Source: Candidatus Woesearchaeota archaeon
Lineage (GTDB): Archaea; Nanobdellota; Nanobdellia; SCGC-AAA011-G17; JACPIM01
Length of the DNA stretch: 64,000 nt
Assembly: GCA_964457785.1 (NCBI GenBank)
Contig: CAYWEX010000002.1
Coordinates: 15,691-79,690, forward strand
Direction of reading: 5' to 3'
The notes below the pieces were generated by a model. The model was given only the letters and a program-made list of their open reading frames with translations, did not search any database and was not told the origin of the DNA. Position 1 is the stretch's first letter; the number at the start of each line of letters is the position of its first letter. Below are positions 54,294 through 64,000 of this stretch, in pieces. The translations under genes and the position numbers were made by a program.

Positions 54294-55300
54294 TTAAGTT
54301 TGCATTAATTGGAACAGGACATATTGCCCATGTTCATGCCAAAGCTATAAAGAGAATCAAAGGAGCAGAATTAATTGCAGTAAAAGGGAGTGATAATCAG
54401 AGAACAAAAGATTTTGCAGGAAAATACAATATAAAAGATTATTTAGATTATGATGAATTATTAAAAAATAAAGATATTAATGCTGTTGATATAGTTACTT
54501 TAAATAATTTGCATGCAGATTTAGGAATAAAAGCTGCGCAAGCAGGCAAGCATGTTCTTGTAGAAAAACCAATTGATATTTCATTGGAAAAAGCCGAAAA
54601 TTTAATAAGAACCTGCCAAAAAAATAAAGTTAAATTAGGAGTTATTTCTCAAAAAAGATTTGATAAATCAATTTTATGGCTAAAAAAAGAAATAAATTCA
54701 GGGACTTTTGGAAATTTAATCTTAGGAAATGCTTCTGTAAAATGGAATAGGACAAGGAAATATTTTGATTCTTCACAACAATGGAGAAAGAAGAATGAAA
54801 TTTCAGGCGGAGGGGTATTAATTCTTCAAGCAATTCATTATATAGATTTATTATTATGGTTATTTGGAGGTGCAGAAAGTGTTTATGGAAAAATTGACAC
54901 AAAACTTCATGATATTGAAGGAGAAGACATTGGTTTAGGCATAATAAAATTTAAATCAGGAGCATTAGCTACTATCAGTGCAACAACAACAGTTGTAAAA
55001 AATTTGCCAGATATATTGGAAGTTCACGGCGATAAAGGTTCAGCAGTTTTGACAGCTGGAAAATACAGAAATTATGTTTCTATACTTAATTTGAAAAACA
55101 GAATCAAAAAGTTTAAAGTTAAATTCTATAATTATTTTGTTTTTAGAAAAGGCACTATAAAAGACCAGATTAAAAATTTCGTATATTCTATTCAAGAAGA
55201 AAAAGAACCTCTCGTTACTGGAATTGATGGAAAGAATGCATTAGAATTAGTGCTTGCTATTTATAAATCTTCAAAAACAGGCAAGGAAATAAAATTATAA
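54290..55300 (+). CDS. Gfo/Idh/MocA-family NAD(P)-dependent sugar oxidoreductase
   Basis: IKFALIGTGHIAHVHAKAI...HVLVEKP. Confidence 0.85.
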   Translation: MIKFALIGTGHIAHVHAKAIKRIKGAELIAVKGSDNQRTKDFAGKYNIKDYLDYDELLKNKDINAVDIVTLNNLHADLGIKAAQAGKHVLVEKPIDISLEKAENLIRTCQKNKVKLGVISQKRFDKSILWLKKEINSGTFGNLILGNASVKWNRTRKYFDSSQQWRKKNEISGGGVLILQAIHYIDLLLWLFGGAESVYGKIDTKLHDIEGEDIGLGIIKFKSGALATISATTTVVKNLPDILEVHGDKGSAVLTAGKYRNYVSILNLKNRIKKFKVKFYNYFVFRKGTIKDQIKNFVYSIQEEKEPLVTGIDGKNALELVLAIYKSSKTGKEIKL

Positions 55301-56152
55301 TTCTTCTGGTGAATCAGCTTTGTTTAGTTTATTTTTTGATTTATTTTTAATTAAGTCTTTTATCTCTTTTCCAATTAGTAAGAAATAAAAACCACCAAAG
55401 ATGAAATGGGGGAGCATAGATATAATTCTGTAAAGCAATACTGCCAGAGCAGATATTTTTACATCTATATTTAGCAGGAGTACAAGAATGCTGCCCATAG
55501 TAAGATCTCTTGCTCCAAATCCGCCTGGAATGCCTGAAATAAATCCTATTGTAAGACTAAGCCAGTAAGCTATGAAAGCTATAAGATAGGTAGTGTTTAT
55601 TGATAATGACAGGAAAATAAAATAAACCATTAATGGAATTAAAAAGACAAATATCACTGCTGCAACAAGATACTTAATTAAAAATTCTTTTGTTGAAATT
55701 AATTTTTTTAAATTATTTAAAATATCATTTGCTATTGACAGAAAACGATTTCTAACTTTAAATATCATTAATATGAAGACTAAGAAAATTGAGAGTGCAA
55801 TTATGAGCTTAATGTAGTTTTTGTCTGTTAAATTTGGAATAAACTTGAAGAAAAGACTAACAACCAGTACCTGGATTAAAAGATATAACAGAATATCCAG
55901 AAAAAACACAGCACAGGTTTTATCAGTTGGAACATTGTACTTATATTTGTATAAAATTGGGGCTGATACTGCAGAAGTGTATCTAAACGGTGTCAAGTAA
56001 CCGATTAAAAAAATAAAATTGTTTATTAAAAAAAGATCTTTTATTTTTAGTTTTATGTCTAGAACTTTAAAAGCAATCAAGTTCCTATAACTTATGATAA
56101 ATAAAGCAATAAGGTTTATAATCAAGCTTAAAAATAGAAAAGATATTTTCAT
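55295..56152 (-). CDS. LPG-synthase-TM / UPF0104 flippase-like membrane protein
   Basis: 8-TM protein with the IPGGFGARDLT motif. Confidence 0.55.
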   Translation of the reverse strand: MKISFLFLSLIINLIALFIISYRNLIAFKVLDIKLKIKDLFLINNFIFLIGYLTPFRYTSAVSAPILYKYKYNVPTDKTCAVFFLDILLYLLIQVLVVSLFFKFIPNLTDKNYIKLIIALSIFLVFILMIFKVRNRFLSIANDILNNLKKLISTKEFLIKYLVAAVIFVFLIPLMVYFIFLSLSINTTYLIAFIAYWLSLTIGFISGIPGGFGARDLTMGSILVLLLNIDVKISALAVLLYRIISMLPHFIFGGFYFLLIGKEIKDLIKNKSKNKLNKADSPEEL

Positions 56153-57582
56153 AACACTGAATTTTTTATATAACCCATTGCATTTTTTACATATTTATTA
56201 AACTGAGATAAACTTTGAACCTCTTTAAATCTTCTTAATATGTATTTAGGCCTGAAATAAAATTCTCTATAAGCTTGTTTCTGAATTTTTATCAGATATT
56301 CTTTTGTTAATCCTTCTGGAACATATACTGGGCGAGCTGAATGCCCGCTCATAAAATCAGGATTGTCTTCAAATTCTCCAGCACCACTTTTGGCTATTTC
56401 GTATAATTCGGTGCCTGGATAAGGGATTGCAAAATTAAACTGAACACTAAAGAATGGAAGGCTTTTGGCAAAGTCTATTGTTTCTCTAATTGTTTCTTTG
56501 GTGTCTGTAGGATGGCCCAACATAAAAAATCCTCTTGTTGAAATTCCTTTTGCTTCACATGCTGTTATTACTTTTCTTACTTGATCTACAGTTGTTGGCT
56601 TTCTAATATCTTTCATGACTTTTGCATTTCCTGATTCAATTCCAAAAGAAATGTGCCAGCAACCACTTTTTCTCATGCTTTCAATTAATTCATTATGGTT
56701 GTTTATAGTTGCTATTGTACCTAAACATGACCATGAAACATCTATATTTTCTTTTATTATTAAATCTGAAATTTTCTTTACTCTTTCTGTGTCAACTAAG
56801 AAATTGTCATCAAAATATTTTATGTCTTTAATTCCCCATTTTTCTTGCAAATATTTTATTTCTTTTACAACATATTCTGGTGAATGTGGTCTATAGTCCC
56901 AATCCCAAATAGTATGAATTGCACAGAAATTGCATTTGTAAGGGCAACCTCTACTGCTTATTGAGATAGTTGTTGGCAGTCTTTTATATTGATAAGGAGT
57001 TTTATAATACTCAGATGTAATTGAAGGTTCTAATAAGTGTCTTGCTGGAAATGGTAAAATATCTATGTTTTTTATAAAATCTCTGTTTGGCGTTTCAATT
57101 ATTTTATTATCTTTTAAATAACTTATACCTAGAATTTTACTAAAGTCTGGATTTTTTTCATTTAATAAGGCATCACATAATTCTAGAAATGTAAACTCAG
57201 CTTCTCCTTTGACAATAAAATCAATATTTTTCTCTCTTAGAAAATCTTCTTTCAAAGATTGGAGATAGCCGCCAGCTATTACATAAATAGATTTATTGAA
57301 ATCTTTAATTTGTTTACTAACTTCTCTTACTGGATTTAGCATTATTGAAGAGCTACAACTTAAACCAATTACAGACGGGTCGTAATTTTTTATATATTTA
57401 ATTAGATCTTCTACTGACATATTAAGAGAATAAGCATCAATGACTTTAACTTCTGGAAATTTTGTGTTTAATAGTCCTGCTATGTAGCAAAGCCCCATTG
57501 GAGGAGAGGTAGTCATTTTTTGACCCCATCTAAAACTTTGATTACCAGTATCTGGAGTATTAATCAAAAGAATTTTATTCAT
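56149..57582 (-). CDS. B12-binding-domain radical SAM enzyme (paralog 2)
   Basis: N-terminal B12-like domain plus CPYKCNFC. Confidence 0.85.
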   Translation of the reverse strand: MNKILLINTPDTGNQSFRWGQKMTTSPPMGLCYIAGLLNTKFPEVKVIDAYSLNMSVEDLIKYIKNYDPSVIGLSCSSSIMLNPVREVSKQIKDFNKSIYVIAGGYLQSLKEDFLREKNIDFIVKGEAEFTFLELCDALLNEKNPDFSKILGISYLKDNKIIETPNRDFIKNIDILPFPARHLLEPSITSEYYKTPYQYKRLPTTISISSRGCPYKCNFCAIHTIWDWDYRPHSPEYVVKEIKYLQEKWGIKDIKYFDDNFLVDTERVKKISDLIIKENIDVSWSCLGTIATINNHNELIESMRKSGCWHISFGIESGNAKVMKDIRKPTTVDQVRKVITACEAKGISTRGFFMLGHPTDTKETIRETIDFAKSLPFFSVQFNFAIPYPGTELYEIAKSGAGEFEDNPDFMSGHSARPVYVPEGLTKEYLIKIQKQAYREFYFRPKYILRRFKEVQSLSQFNKYVKNAMGYIKNSVL

Positions 57583-57675
57583 CTTAAGCCACCTTTACTT
57601 TTATTATTACTTAAATTTATAAAGTATTCGCTTGTTATTTTTTGACACTACATGCTTTTCTTGAATTTAGAAAAC

Positions 57676-57684
57676 TTTTTATAT
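57676..57684 (+). promoter_or_regulatory. TATA-like box (TTTTTATAT) for the 57705 gene
   Basis: Centre is ~25 nt upstream of the ATG at 57705. Confidence 0.4.
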
Positions 57685-57704
57685 CGAATATATTAAGAAA
57701 TTTT

Positions 57705-58259
57705 ATGCAAAAATTAAATCTTGGTTGTGGGACAAGAGTCTATAAAGATTATGTAAATATAGATTATCATAAACATTCAGGTGTAGATGTTGTGCATAAT
57801 TTAAGCGAGTTTCCCTGGCCTTTTAAAGATAACACTTTTGATGAAATTTTAGCTATTGATATAGTCGAGCATTTGCCTGATGTTACTAAATCTATGAAAG
57901 AAATGCATAGAATATGCAAAAATGGGGCTGTAATAAGGATTCAGGTACCTCATTTTTCTTCTGCAACAGCTCATCATGAGGAGCATTATCATTTTTTCAG
58001 GTGGAAAAGTTTTGGAGATGGTGTAAAGGATCTTGATAAGGTGCTAGTTTTTGGCAAATTGTTTAAATTAAGAAAGAAAAAAATTCATTTTTTTAATGCG
58101 CCTTATACACCAAGCCTTTTACATAGAGCTTTGTTTTATAATTATTTTATAGAAAAATTAGTTAATATATGGAGACTGCCTTTACTTTATGAAAATACTT
58201 TCTTAAGAAGTTTGTTTCCTGCTATTGCTATGTATTTTGAATTAGAAGTTGTCAAATAG
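57705..58259 (+). CDS. Class I SAM-dependent methyltransferase (type 11)
   Basis: LNLGCGTRVYKDYVNID and ILAIDIVEHL. ATG at 57705 preferred over the TTG at 57642. Confidence 0.7.
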   Translation: MQKLNLGCGTRVYKDYVNIDYHKHSGVDVVHNLSEFPWPFKDNTFDEILAIDIVEHLPDVTKSMKEMHRICKNGAVIRIQVPHFSSATAHHEEHYHFFRWKSFGDGVKDLDKVLVFGKLFKLRKKKIHFFNAPYTPSLLHRALFYNYFIEKLVNIWRLPLLYENTFLRSLFPAIAMYFELEVVK

Positions 58260-58341
58260 CTTAATTATTAATTTATGTGCAAAGCCTTTTAAACAAGAAG
58301 CTTTATAAAGTTTTTAATGTATAAATCTTCAGATTACTGGG

Positions 58342-59838
58342 GTGATCAAAATTAAAATATTGTTTATTATTCCACCAAACACTTTTTTTAAGGGAGATTT
58401 TAGAGGATATATCCCTTTTCCTATTGGAATAGCTTATTTAGCTGCAGTAACTGAGAAGTATGGTTGTGAAACGCATGTTTTAGACTGCATGATAGAAGAT
58501 GAGAGTGAAAAGGATATTGGTGGAAGCCAAGTACATGTCGGTTTAAGCTGGGAAGAGATTGGAAAAAGAGTGAAAGAAATAAATCCCGATATTGTAGGCA
58601 TCAGTTGTTCTTATTCTGCACAATATGATAATTCTGCAAAAGTTGCTAAAATTGTAAAAGAAGTTAACAATAAGGCACTTACTTTTATTGGCGGGTCTTA
58701 TCATTCTGCAATGCCAAAAGATGGATTAAAAGACAGCAATATTGATTATGTTTTTATTGGAGAGGCTGAAAATACTATTATTGATGTTCTTGATTCTTTG
58801 CATGGAAAAAAAGATTTAACGAAAATAGACGGGATTGCATATAGGAAAAGCAATGAAATTGTCATTAACCCAAAAACAAAATTCATTGAAAATGTTGATG
58901 AACTACCGTTCCCAGCAAGGCATTTATTTAAGTTTGAAAAATATACCAAGTATGACACTTCATATACAATAAGAAAACCACATGCAACAATGATTACATC
59001 AAGAGGCTGTCCATATGATTGTACTTTCTGCTCTATTCATTCAATCTGGGGATATAAGTTTAGGGGCAGGAGTCCTGAAAATGTAGCTGATGAAATTCAA
59101 TTTCTAGAAAAAGAATATGGAATAAAAGAGATTTATTTTTTAGATGATATAATAAATTTTGACAGAAAAAGAATGATGGGTATATGTGATGAAATTATAA
59201 AAAGAAAAATAGATATAAAATTTGTAACTCCAAATGGAATAAGAGTGGACAGGCTAGACAGAGAATTGTTAGTAAAAATGAAAGAAGCTGGATGCAGTAC
59301 TTTAATGTGCAGTGTTGAAAGTGCAGATGAGTTTATTTTGAACAAAGTTATTAGAAAAAATTCCAATCTGCCAAAAGTTATAGAAAATGTTAAGATAATG
59401 AATGAAATTGGAATAAGAACAGTTGGTTACTTTATAGTTGGAATGCCAGGAGATACACAGGAAACGATTATGAAAAGTGCTGACTTGGCAGTTGAACTTG
59501 ATTTTTGGGATGCTTACTTTGCAATAGCAACTCCATTACCAGGAACTCATTTATGGAAGATGTGCAAAGAAAATAAATATGTTGATGAAGATATAGATAC
59601 AAAACCCACCATGAGAATGAGATATGCTAATATAAGCACACCACAGCTAAGCGCCAAAGAAGTTGAGAGATTAAGAAACAGGGCATTGCTTAAGTACAAT
59701 TTTTATAAAGCAAAAAGGCATCCTATTGAATTCTTTTCCAACCCAAACCATACATGGAAATTAAAGAACTATTCCAAGGTGCTTGCCAGAAAGATTTCGA
59801 ATAAATTGAAGAATACAGCTTTAAGCATAGTCAGCTAG
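58342..59838 (+). CDS. B12-binding-domain radical SAM enzyme (paralog 3)
   Basis: N-terminal B12-like domain plus CPYDCTFC. GTG start. Confidence 0.85.
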   Translation: MIKIKILFIIPPNTFFKGDFRGYIPFPIGIAYLAAVTEKYGCETHVLDCMIEDESEKDIGGSQVHVGLSWEEIGKRVKEINPDIVGISCSYSAQYDNSAKVAKIVKEVNNKALTFIGGSYHSAMPKDGLKDSNIDYVFIGEAENTIIDVLDSLHGKKDLTKIDGIAYRKSNEIVINPKTKFIENVDELPFPARHLFKFEKYTKYDTSYTIRKPHATMITSRGCPYDCTFCSIHSIWGYKFRGRSPENVADEIQFLEKEYGIKEIYFLDDIINFDRKRMMGICDEIIKRKIDIKFVTPNGIRVDRLDRELLVKMKEAGCSTLMCSVESADEFILNKVIRKNSNLPKVIENVKIMNEIGIRTVGYFIVGMPGDTQETIMKSADLAVELDFWDAYFAIATPLPGTHLWKMCKENKYVDEDIDTKPTMRMRYANISTPQLSAKEVERLRNRALLKYNFYKAKRHPIEFFSNPNHTWKLKNYSKVLARKISNKLKNTALSIVS

Positions 59839-61556
59839 AGTTGATATATTTTTATATTCTCTGTTTGATAAACTAAATTAAGTTTGTTTAAATTATCTCT
59901 AGTTATGAAAAAATCCATATTACCAGTATTTTTTACATCGCCAAAATACAGATTGTCATTTGTCCAAAACCCAATGTAACTTAGAAATTGTTTTTCTTTT
60001 AATTCGTCATAAAGAGCTGTATTGTTTGTGAAGGGACTTCCTTTATACTTTGAATCAATAAGAATGTTTGATATTTTTTTGTCATTGCTATTGAGCCATA
60101 ACCCAATTTGAAACTGTTCATTGTCTGACTGAGAGCTGGCTCTATAATAAGAGAAAGAAAAGTTTATTGCACTAGTTAACAAGAAGAAAACCAATGTTAA
60201 ATAAAATATTTTTTTAAAGTCTAATTTATCTATTAATAATATAGAAAAAGCAACTAAGATAAATATAATTGACATGATAACATATACAATTAAATTAAAA
60301 GAAGAACTAAATGTTACTCCGTTGTTTATTAGAGATTCTATTAATATTTTCACGGCTCCAATAAGAGAAAGTGATAAATTATTGATAGGCAACAAAGGAT
60401 AAATTAAGAGCTGAGAACCTATTATGAAAAATGGAATGCTTAAAACAAATGTTTTGTTTAATGTTTTTTTATTTGGTTTTTCTTTGTAGTTATTAAGACC
60501 AACGGCCCCTAGGATTATAATCAAAGGGGTTAACATATCCAAGTATCTTGTTATTGGTCTGTTTGTTAAAAAGGAGAATATTGCTGGAAGTTCAAGCGGC
60601 TGTGGGCCGAGAGAATTATTTGCCAGAATAAGCACATAACTTATTAATGTTATCAGAGTTACTATGAACAGAATCTTTAACTCTCTGCTGCTTTGTGATT
60701 TAAGAGCGAAAACAGAGAGGAAAAAAAAGAAAATACCAGAAGCCAGAGCTAAAGTAACCAAATTTAGTATTATCCAGTTTAACAAAGCAAATAAAAAGAA
60801 ATCTCCGTATCTTGAAACTGAATTTATGTTGTCATTTGCTCCTCCCCCCAATATACCATAAACGCTAAACCCGAAATGAGAGGAATTTCTTATAACTAAT
60901 GGAGAGATAATTAAGAAAATTATTAAGAATCCTAAAAATATATTCTTAATTCTTAATTTTTCTTTTAATATTATTTTATTAAGCAGATGAGCTATCAAAT
61001 AAATTAAAATAAGCACTACTCCTGCTGGTTTAGTTAAAAATGACAGTGCTATGAAAACAGCTGCCAAAAAATTATTTTTCTTAGTGTTTTCTTTTAAAGA
61101 CTTATAAATATAAAATATAGAGAATAAAAATAATGGGAAAAAAAGATTTTCTGATAAAATGTAAGTTGAGAAAGAAAAATTAGAAGGCAATAAAGCTATT
61201 AAAATAGGAATGTAGATTTTTTGTTTTTCTTCTAGAAATTCTTTTGACAATAAATATGCGGGAATAATTATTAATGATGAAATAAAGGCATTTATTATTT
61301 TCATTAAAAAATAGACTACTTGCATATCATTTGCTATATAGGCTAGTGAAATGACAATAGAATATAATGGGGGATAAAATGGGGAGGGCTGGTTTTCTAT
61401 ATCCAAATTCAAGTTATAAAAAAAACTTTTCCCTACTTTTGAATAAATATATTCGTCCCAGAATCCTGTTGGTGAGGTAATAAAAAAAGCCAGAACTATT
61501 TTAATTAAAATTATTAAAACAAAAGCAAACATTAGTTTCTTGGAGCCTGGGTTCAT
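59835..61556 (-). CDS. GT-C-fold (GT39/GT83, ArnT/PMT-like) polyprenyl-phosphate-sugar-dependent glycosyltransferase
   Basis: Polytopic 573-aa protein with a first-loop DE motif (GFWDEYIYS). Confidence 0.7.
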   Translation of the reverse strand: MNPGSKKLMFAFVLIILIKIVLAFFITSPTGFWDEYIYSKVGKSFFYNLNLDIENQPSPFYPPLYSIVISLAYIANDMQVVYFLMKIINAFISSLIIIPAYLLSKEFLEEKQKIYIPILIALLPSNFSFSTYILSENLFFPLFLFSIFYIYKSLKENTKKNNFLAAVFIALSFLTKPAGVVLILIYLIAHLLNKIILKEKLRIKNIFLGFLIIFLIISPLVIRNSSHFGFSVYGILGGGANDNINSVSRYGDFFLFALLNWIILNLVTLALASGIFFFFLSVFALKSQSSRELKILFIVTLITLISYVLILANNSLGPQPLELPAIFSFLTNRPITRYLDMLTPLIIILGAVGLNNYKEKPNKKTLNKTFVLSIPFFIIGSQLLIYPLLPINNLSLSLIGAVKILIESLINNGVTFSSSFNLIVYVIMSIIFILVAFSILLIDKLDFKKIFYLTLVFFLLTSAINFSFSYYRASSQSDNEQFQIGLWLNSNDKKISNILIDSKYKGSPFTNNTALYDELKEKQFLSYIGFWTNDNLYFGDVKNTGNMDFFITRDNLNKLNLVYQTENIKIYQL

Positions 61557-61604
61557 TTTATTTTTAATTTAACAGCTATTTAATAGCCTTTGGGTGGGTT
61601 TTTG

Positions 61605-61618
61605 GAAAAGTTTATAAT
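61605..61618 (+). promoter_or_regulatory. BRE/TATA promoter (GAAAAG-TTTATAAT) for the 61643 gene
   Basis: Centre is ~29 nt upstream of the ATG. Confidence 0.5.
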
Positions 61619-61642
61619 AAGACTCCCTGAATATAGAAACCC

Positions 61643-62668
61643 ATGAGAAATGAATTTTATTTAGAATTAATAAATGAAGGCATTACCAAGATTACAAGTT
61701 TTCAAGACATTAAACCTAATTCAATGACAGAGGGGTGTTTTTATTATCCTTACTGGAGGTTAAAAAAAGAAAACTTTGTGAATGCAAGATGGCAGGAGGC
61801 TGTCCTAAGCTTGAGCTGGTTTTACAATAAATATACATCTGAGGAGATCTGGCCAAAAATTATCAAGGGAATAGATTTTTGGTGCAAATTACAACATAAA
61901 AATGGTTCTTTCCCAGAATACTCCAGATTAGACAGAAGCTTTTCAGCAACAGCATTTTCAACTCTAGCTGTTGTAAATTCTATTATTTTATTAAATTATT
62001 CAAAGGAAAAATGGCTTGAAAAAATCAGGAACAGCTGTGAATATCTTATTAAAAATGATGAATTATTTTTAATTAATCAAGAAGCGGCAGCTGCATTAAC
62101 ATTATTGAAAGTTGGAAACTATACAAACAATATAAGATATGTAAAAGAAAGCGAGAAAAAACTAGATTTAGTTTTAAAAAACCAAAGTTCAAAAGGATAT
62201 TATAAAGAATTTAATGGGTTTGATTTAGGGTATAGTTCATTAACTCTGGAAATTCTGGGGCATTATTATCTTGCAACAAATGACCAAAAAATTTTGGATT
62301 CTGTTTCTAAATTCATAAAATTTATACTTAATCTTGATTTTAAATCAATTAGAAACGGCAGAAATACCAACTGGGTAATTATTGATGGTTTTGAGATTTT
62401 TGCTGATTCTGTTTTAAATGGCGAAGAGGCTCTTAAGAAAATCCTGAATAATTTTAATATCCAGCATTTGGAATCTGACAAAAATTACTGCACTGACTTG
62501 TACAGGTTATGTTATGCTTATGATAATGCGAAAAATGAAGTAGAGCACAGAGATTTGGAAAAAATCCAAAATGTAAAAAATCCCTTTTACAGACCTTCAA
62601 AAATTATTAATCTTTTAAGACCATTTGGGATACATAAATTCAGAAAATACAAATATATTTTTACTTAA
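61643..62668 (+). CDS. Uncharacterised protein, possibly an alpha/alpha-toroid (prenyltransferase/terpene-cyclase-like repeat)
   Basis: Weak repeat pattern (LQHKNGSFPEY, QSSKGYYKEF); low confidence. Confidence 0.3.
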   Translation: MRNEFYLELINEGITKITSFQDIKPNSMTEGCFYYPYWRLKKENFVNARWQEAVLSLSWFYNKYTSEEIWPKIIKGIDFWCKLQHKNGSFPEYSRLDRSFSATAFSTLAVVNSIILLNYSKEKWLEKIRNSCEYLIKNDELFLINQEAAAALTLLKVGNYTNNIRYVKESEKKLDLVLKNQSSKGYYKEFNGFDLGYSSLTLEILGHYYLATNDQKILDSVSKFIKFILNLDFKSIRNGRNTNWVIIDGFEIFADSVLNGEEALKKILNNFNIQHLESDKNYCTDLYRLCYAYDNAKNEVEHRDLEKIQNVKNPFYRPSKIINLLRPFGIHKFRKYKYIFT

Positions 62669-62670
62669 AG

Positions 62671-63534
62671 ATGGAAAAAATTTCTGTAATTGTAATAAGC
62701 TTTAATGAAGAAAAAAATATTCGAGAATGTTTAAATTCTTTAAACAGTCAGGATTTTAATAAAAATGATTATGAAATTTTAGTTGTTGATGCTTCTATTG
62801 ACAACACCAAAGAGATTATCAAGGAATTTAAAGATGTAAGGCTAATTAATTCTGAAAAAAAAGCATATGGCTATCAAAGAAATTTGGGAATAAAAAATTC
62901 AAGATATAATTTAATTGCATTTACAGATGCTGATTGTGCTGCTCCAAGTGATTGGTTAAGCAATCTTGTTAATAATTTAGAAGAATGTTCCTGCTTAGGA
63001 GGATCTGTAAAATATCCAAATAATACGAGATTAATTGGAAGAGCTATTACTGCTTTGGGATTTCCAGCTGGCGGATCTTTGGGTATTGAGAATTTTGGAA
63101 ATATTTCAACCTGCAATTCTATTTTTAGAAAAGAAGTTTTTAATAAATCCGGCTTGTTTAATGAAGAATTAATTTTTGGCGGTGAAGACAGCGAGCTAAT
63201 GGAAAGAGTAAAGAAAAATAATTTTAAAATAAAATTAACTAACAACTGTTTTGTATATCACAAGCCAAGAAACTTCATTGATTTTTTAAAATGGAATTTC
63301 AAAAGGGGGGCGGCAAGATACCATCTTTATAAAAATTTATCTCATTTATTTATGCCTTTATCTGTTGTTGTATATCCCTTCACAAAAAAATTCAGACTTT
63401 TACTAAAAAACAGAAATAAAATAGGATTAAATATTATCTCTTTATTCACAATAGTAATCTTTTTATTCTTTTTGAGACAGTTATTTATGTCTTTTGGATG
63501 GGCATATGGATTTAGACAAAGTATTCGAAAATAG
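62671..63534 (+). CDS. GT2-family glycosyltransferase
   Basis: ISVIVISFNEEKNI...ILVVDASIDNT...FTDADC. Confidence 0.8.
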   Translation: MEKISVIVISFNEEKNIRECLNSLNSQDFNKNDYEILVVDASIDNTKEIIKEFKDVRLINSEKKAYGYQRNLGIKNSRYNLIAFTDADCAAPSDWLSNLVNNLEECSCLGGSVKYPNNTRLIGRAITALGFPAGGSLGIENFGNISTCNSIFRKEVFNKSGLFNEELIFGGEDSELMERVKKNNFKIKLTNNCFVYHKPRNFIDFLKWNFKRGAARYHLYKNLSHLFMPLSVVVYPFTKKFRLLLKNRNKIGLNIISLFTIVIFLFFLRQLFMSFGWAYGFRQSIRK

Positions 63535-64000
63535 AAGGAGCATTAGATTTTTTCAAAATTCTCCAGTTGATATAGAGTTAGTGAAAACTATAATTGCTGC
63601 AGGAAAACACGCTCCCAGAGCATCGAACAGACAGCATTGGGAAGCAGTAATAGTAGAGGACAAAGAGCTTAAAGAAAAATTAGTAAAAGACGGGGGAGCA
63701 CAAAGAACAGTTATAGGTGCGCCGGTAATTGTGGTTATTCTTGTTGATATGAGATATAATATAGCTAATTATGACAATATTCAAAGTGCAAGTGCGTCTG
63801 TCCAGAATATGCTACTGAAGGCTGTTGATGTTGGTTTGGGCAGCTGCTGGGTTGTTGGATTTGGAAGCAAAGAAAATGTCAGAAAAATACTGAACATACC
63901 AGAATATTTTGAACCTATGTGTTATATTTTACTGGGAAACAAAGATGAAAAGATGAAAATCCCATTTATTCCACCGCAAAAAAAACTTGATGAAGTTATT
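63506..64000 (+). CDS. Nitroreductase-family protein (3' end outside the window)
   Basis: Manual translation MDLDKVFENRRSIRFFQNSPVDIELVKTIIAAGKHAPRASNRQHWE...; frame stays open to the window edge; overlaps the previous gene by 29 nt. Confidence 0.75.
   Translation, partial: MDLDKVFENRRSIRFFQNSPVDIELVKTIIAAGKHAPRASNRQHWEAVIVEDKELKEKLVKDGGAQRTVIGAPVIVVILVDMRYNIANYDNIQSASASVQNMLLKAVDVGLGSCWVVGFGSKENVRKILNIPEYFEPMCYILLGNKDEKMKIPFIPPQKKLDEVI

Noticed and set aside
379-63245. Many 60-135-aa ORFs in the track antisense to or nested within annotated genes (e.g. 379-561, 901-1086, 2717-2908, 11471-11788, 12657-12974, 17060-17386, 21017-21424, 23316-23614, 27662-27892, 28400-28660, 45310-45717, 62874-63245)
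   Set aside because: All lie fully inside longer ORFs that have clear family signatures. They have Phe/Leu/Ser/Ile-rich composition expected of non-coding frames in AT-rich DNA, and none has a recognisable motif.
1-64000. Search for tRNA, rRNA, CRISPR arrays, transposases/IS elements and integrases
   Set aside because: I saw no GC-rich ~75-nt cloverleaf candidates in intergenic gaps, no rRNA-like stretches, no regularly spaced direct repeats, and no transposase or integrase motifs among the ORFs. This was scanned by eye only.

Overview
Visibly AT-rich archaeal sequence, with a gene set and reductions typical of a small-genome DPANN-like archaeon (inference from content only). There are three parts. 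(1) 0.1-16.5 kb holds housekeeping and envelope genes: GluRS, two DedA proteins, a CdsA/dolichol-kinase-like protein, a PAP2 phosphatase, a mini archaeosortase-like protein, two toxin-antitoxin-like pairs, the L1-L10-L12 stalk operon, a CcdA operon, Mtq2, NAD kinase and a DUF431 SPOUT protein. (2) 16.5-32.7 kb, all on the minus strand, is the archaeal S10/spc/secY ribosomal supercluster: L3-L4-L23-L2-S19-L22-S3-L29-SUI1-Rpp29-S17-L14-L24-S4e-L5-S14-S8-L6-L32e-L19e-L18-S5-L30-L15-SecY-DUF106-eL34::eL14-prefoldin. (3) 34.3-63.5 kb is a large surface-glycan island: a dTDP-rhamnose pathway, GT2/GT4/GT9/GT-C transferases, a Wzx flippase, AsnB, three B12-radical-SAM enzymes plus one SPASM-type enzyme, methyltransferases and oxidoreductases. 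I found no rRNA, tRNA or CRISPR array. The main non-obvious signals are as follows. (a) A family of at least 10 copies of a ~25-30 nt stem-loop element, all in minus-strand sense, shows compensatory base changes and a conserved purine-purine mismatch. Most copies end 0-15 nt before a start codon. Four copies lie inside the 3' ends of the uL10, uS3, uL22 and uL4 genes, where they are translated as a shared 'LGEASxKEGS' peptide. (b) Three uncharacterised small ORFs are translationally coupled inside the otherwise universally conserved r-protein gene order (L23|L2, L2|S19, L32e|L19e). (c) An eL34::eL14 fusion gene is present, and adk and cmk are absent. (d) A divergent two-gene module (9.47-12.25 kb) shares a ~31-aa motif. 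(e) A 160-codon frame with a promoter and one in-frame TAA is hidden from the ORF track. (f) GluRS has a degenerate HIGH motif. (g) A plant/virus-type bifunctional NRS/ER enzyme replaces RmlC+RmlD.
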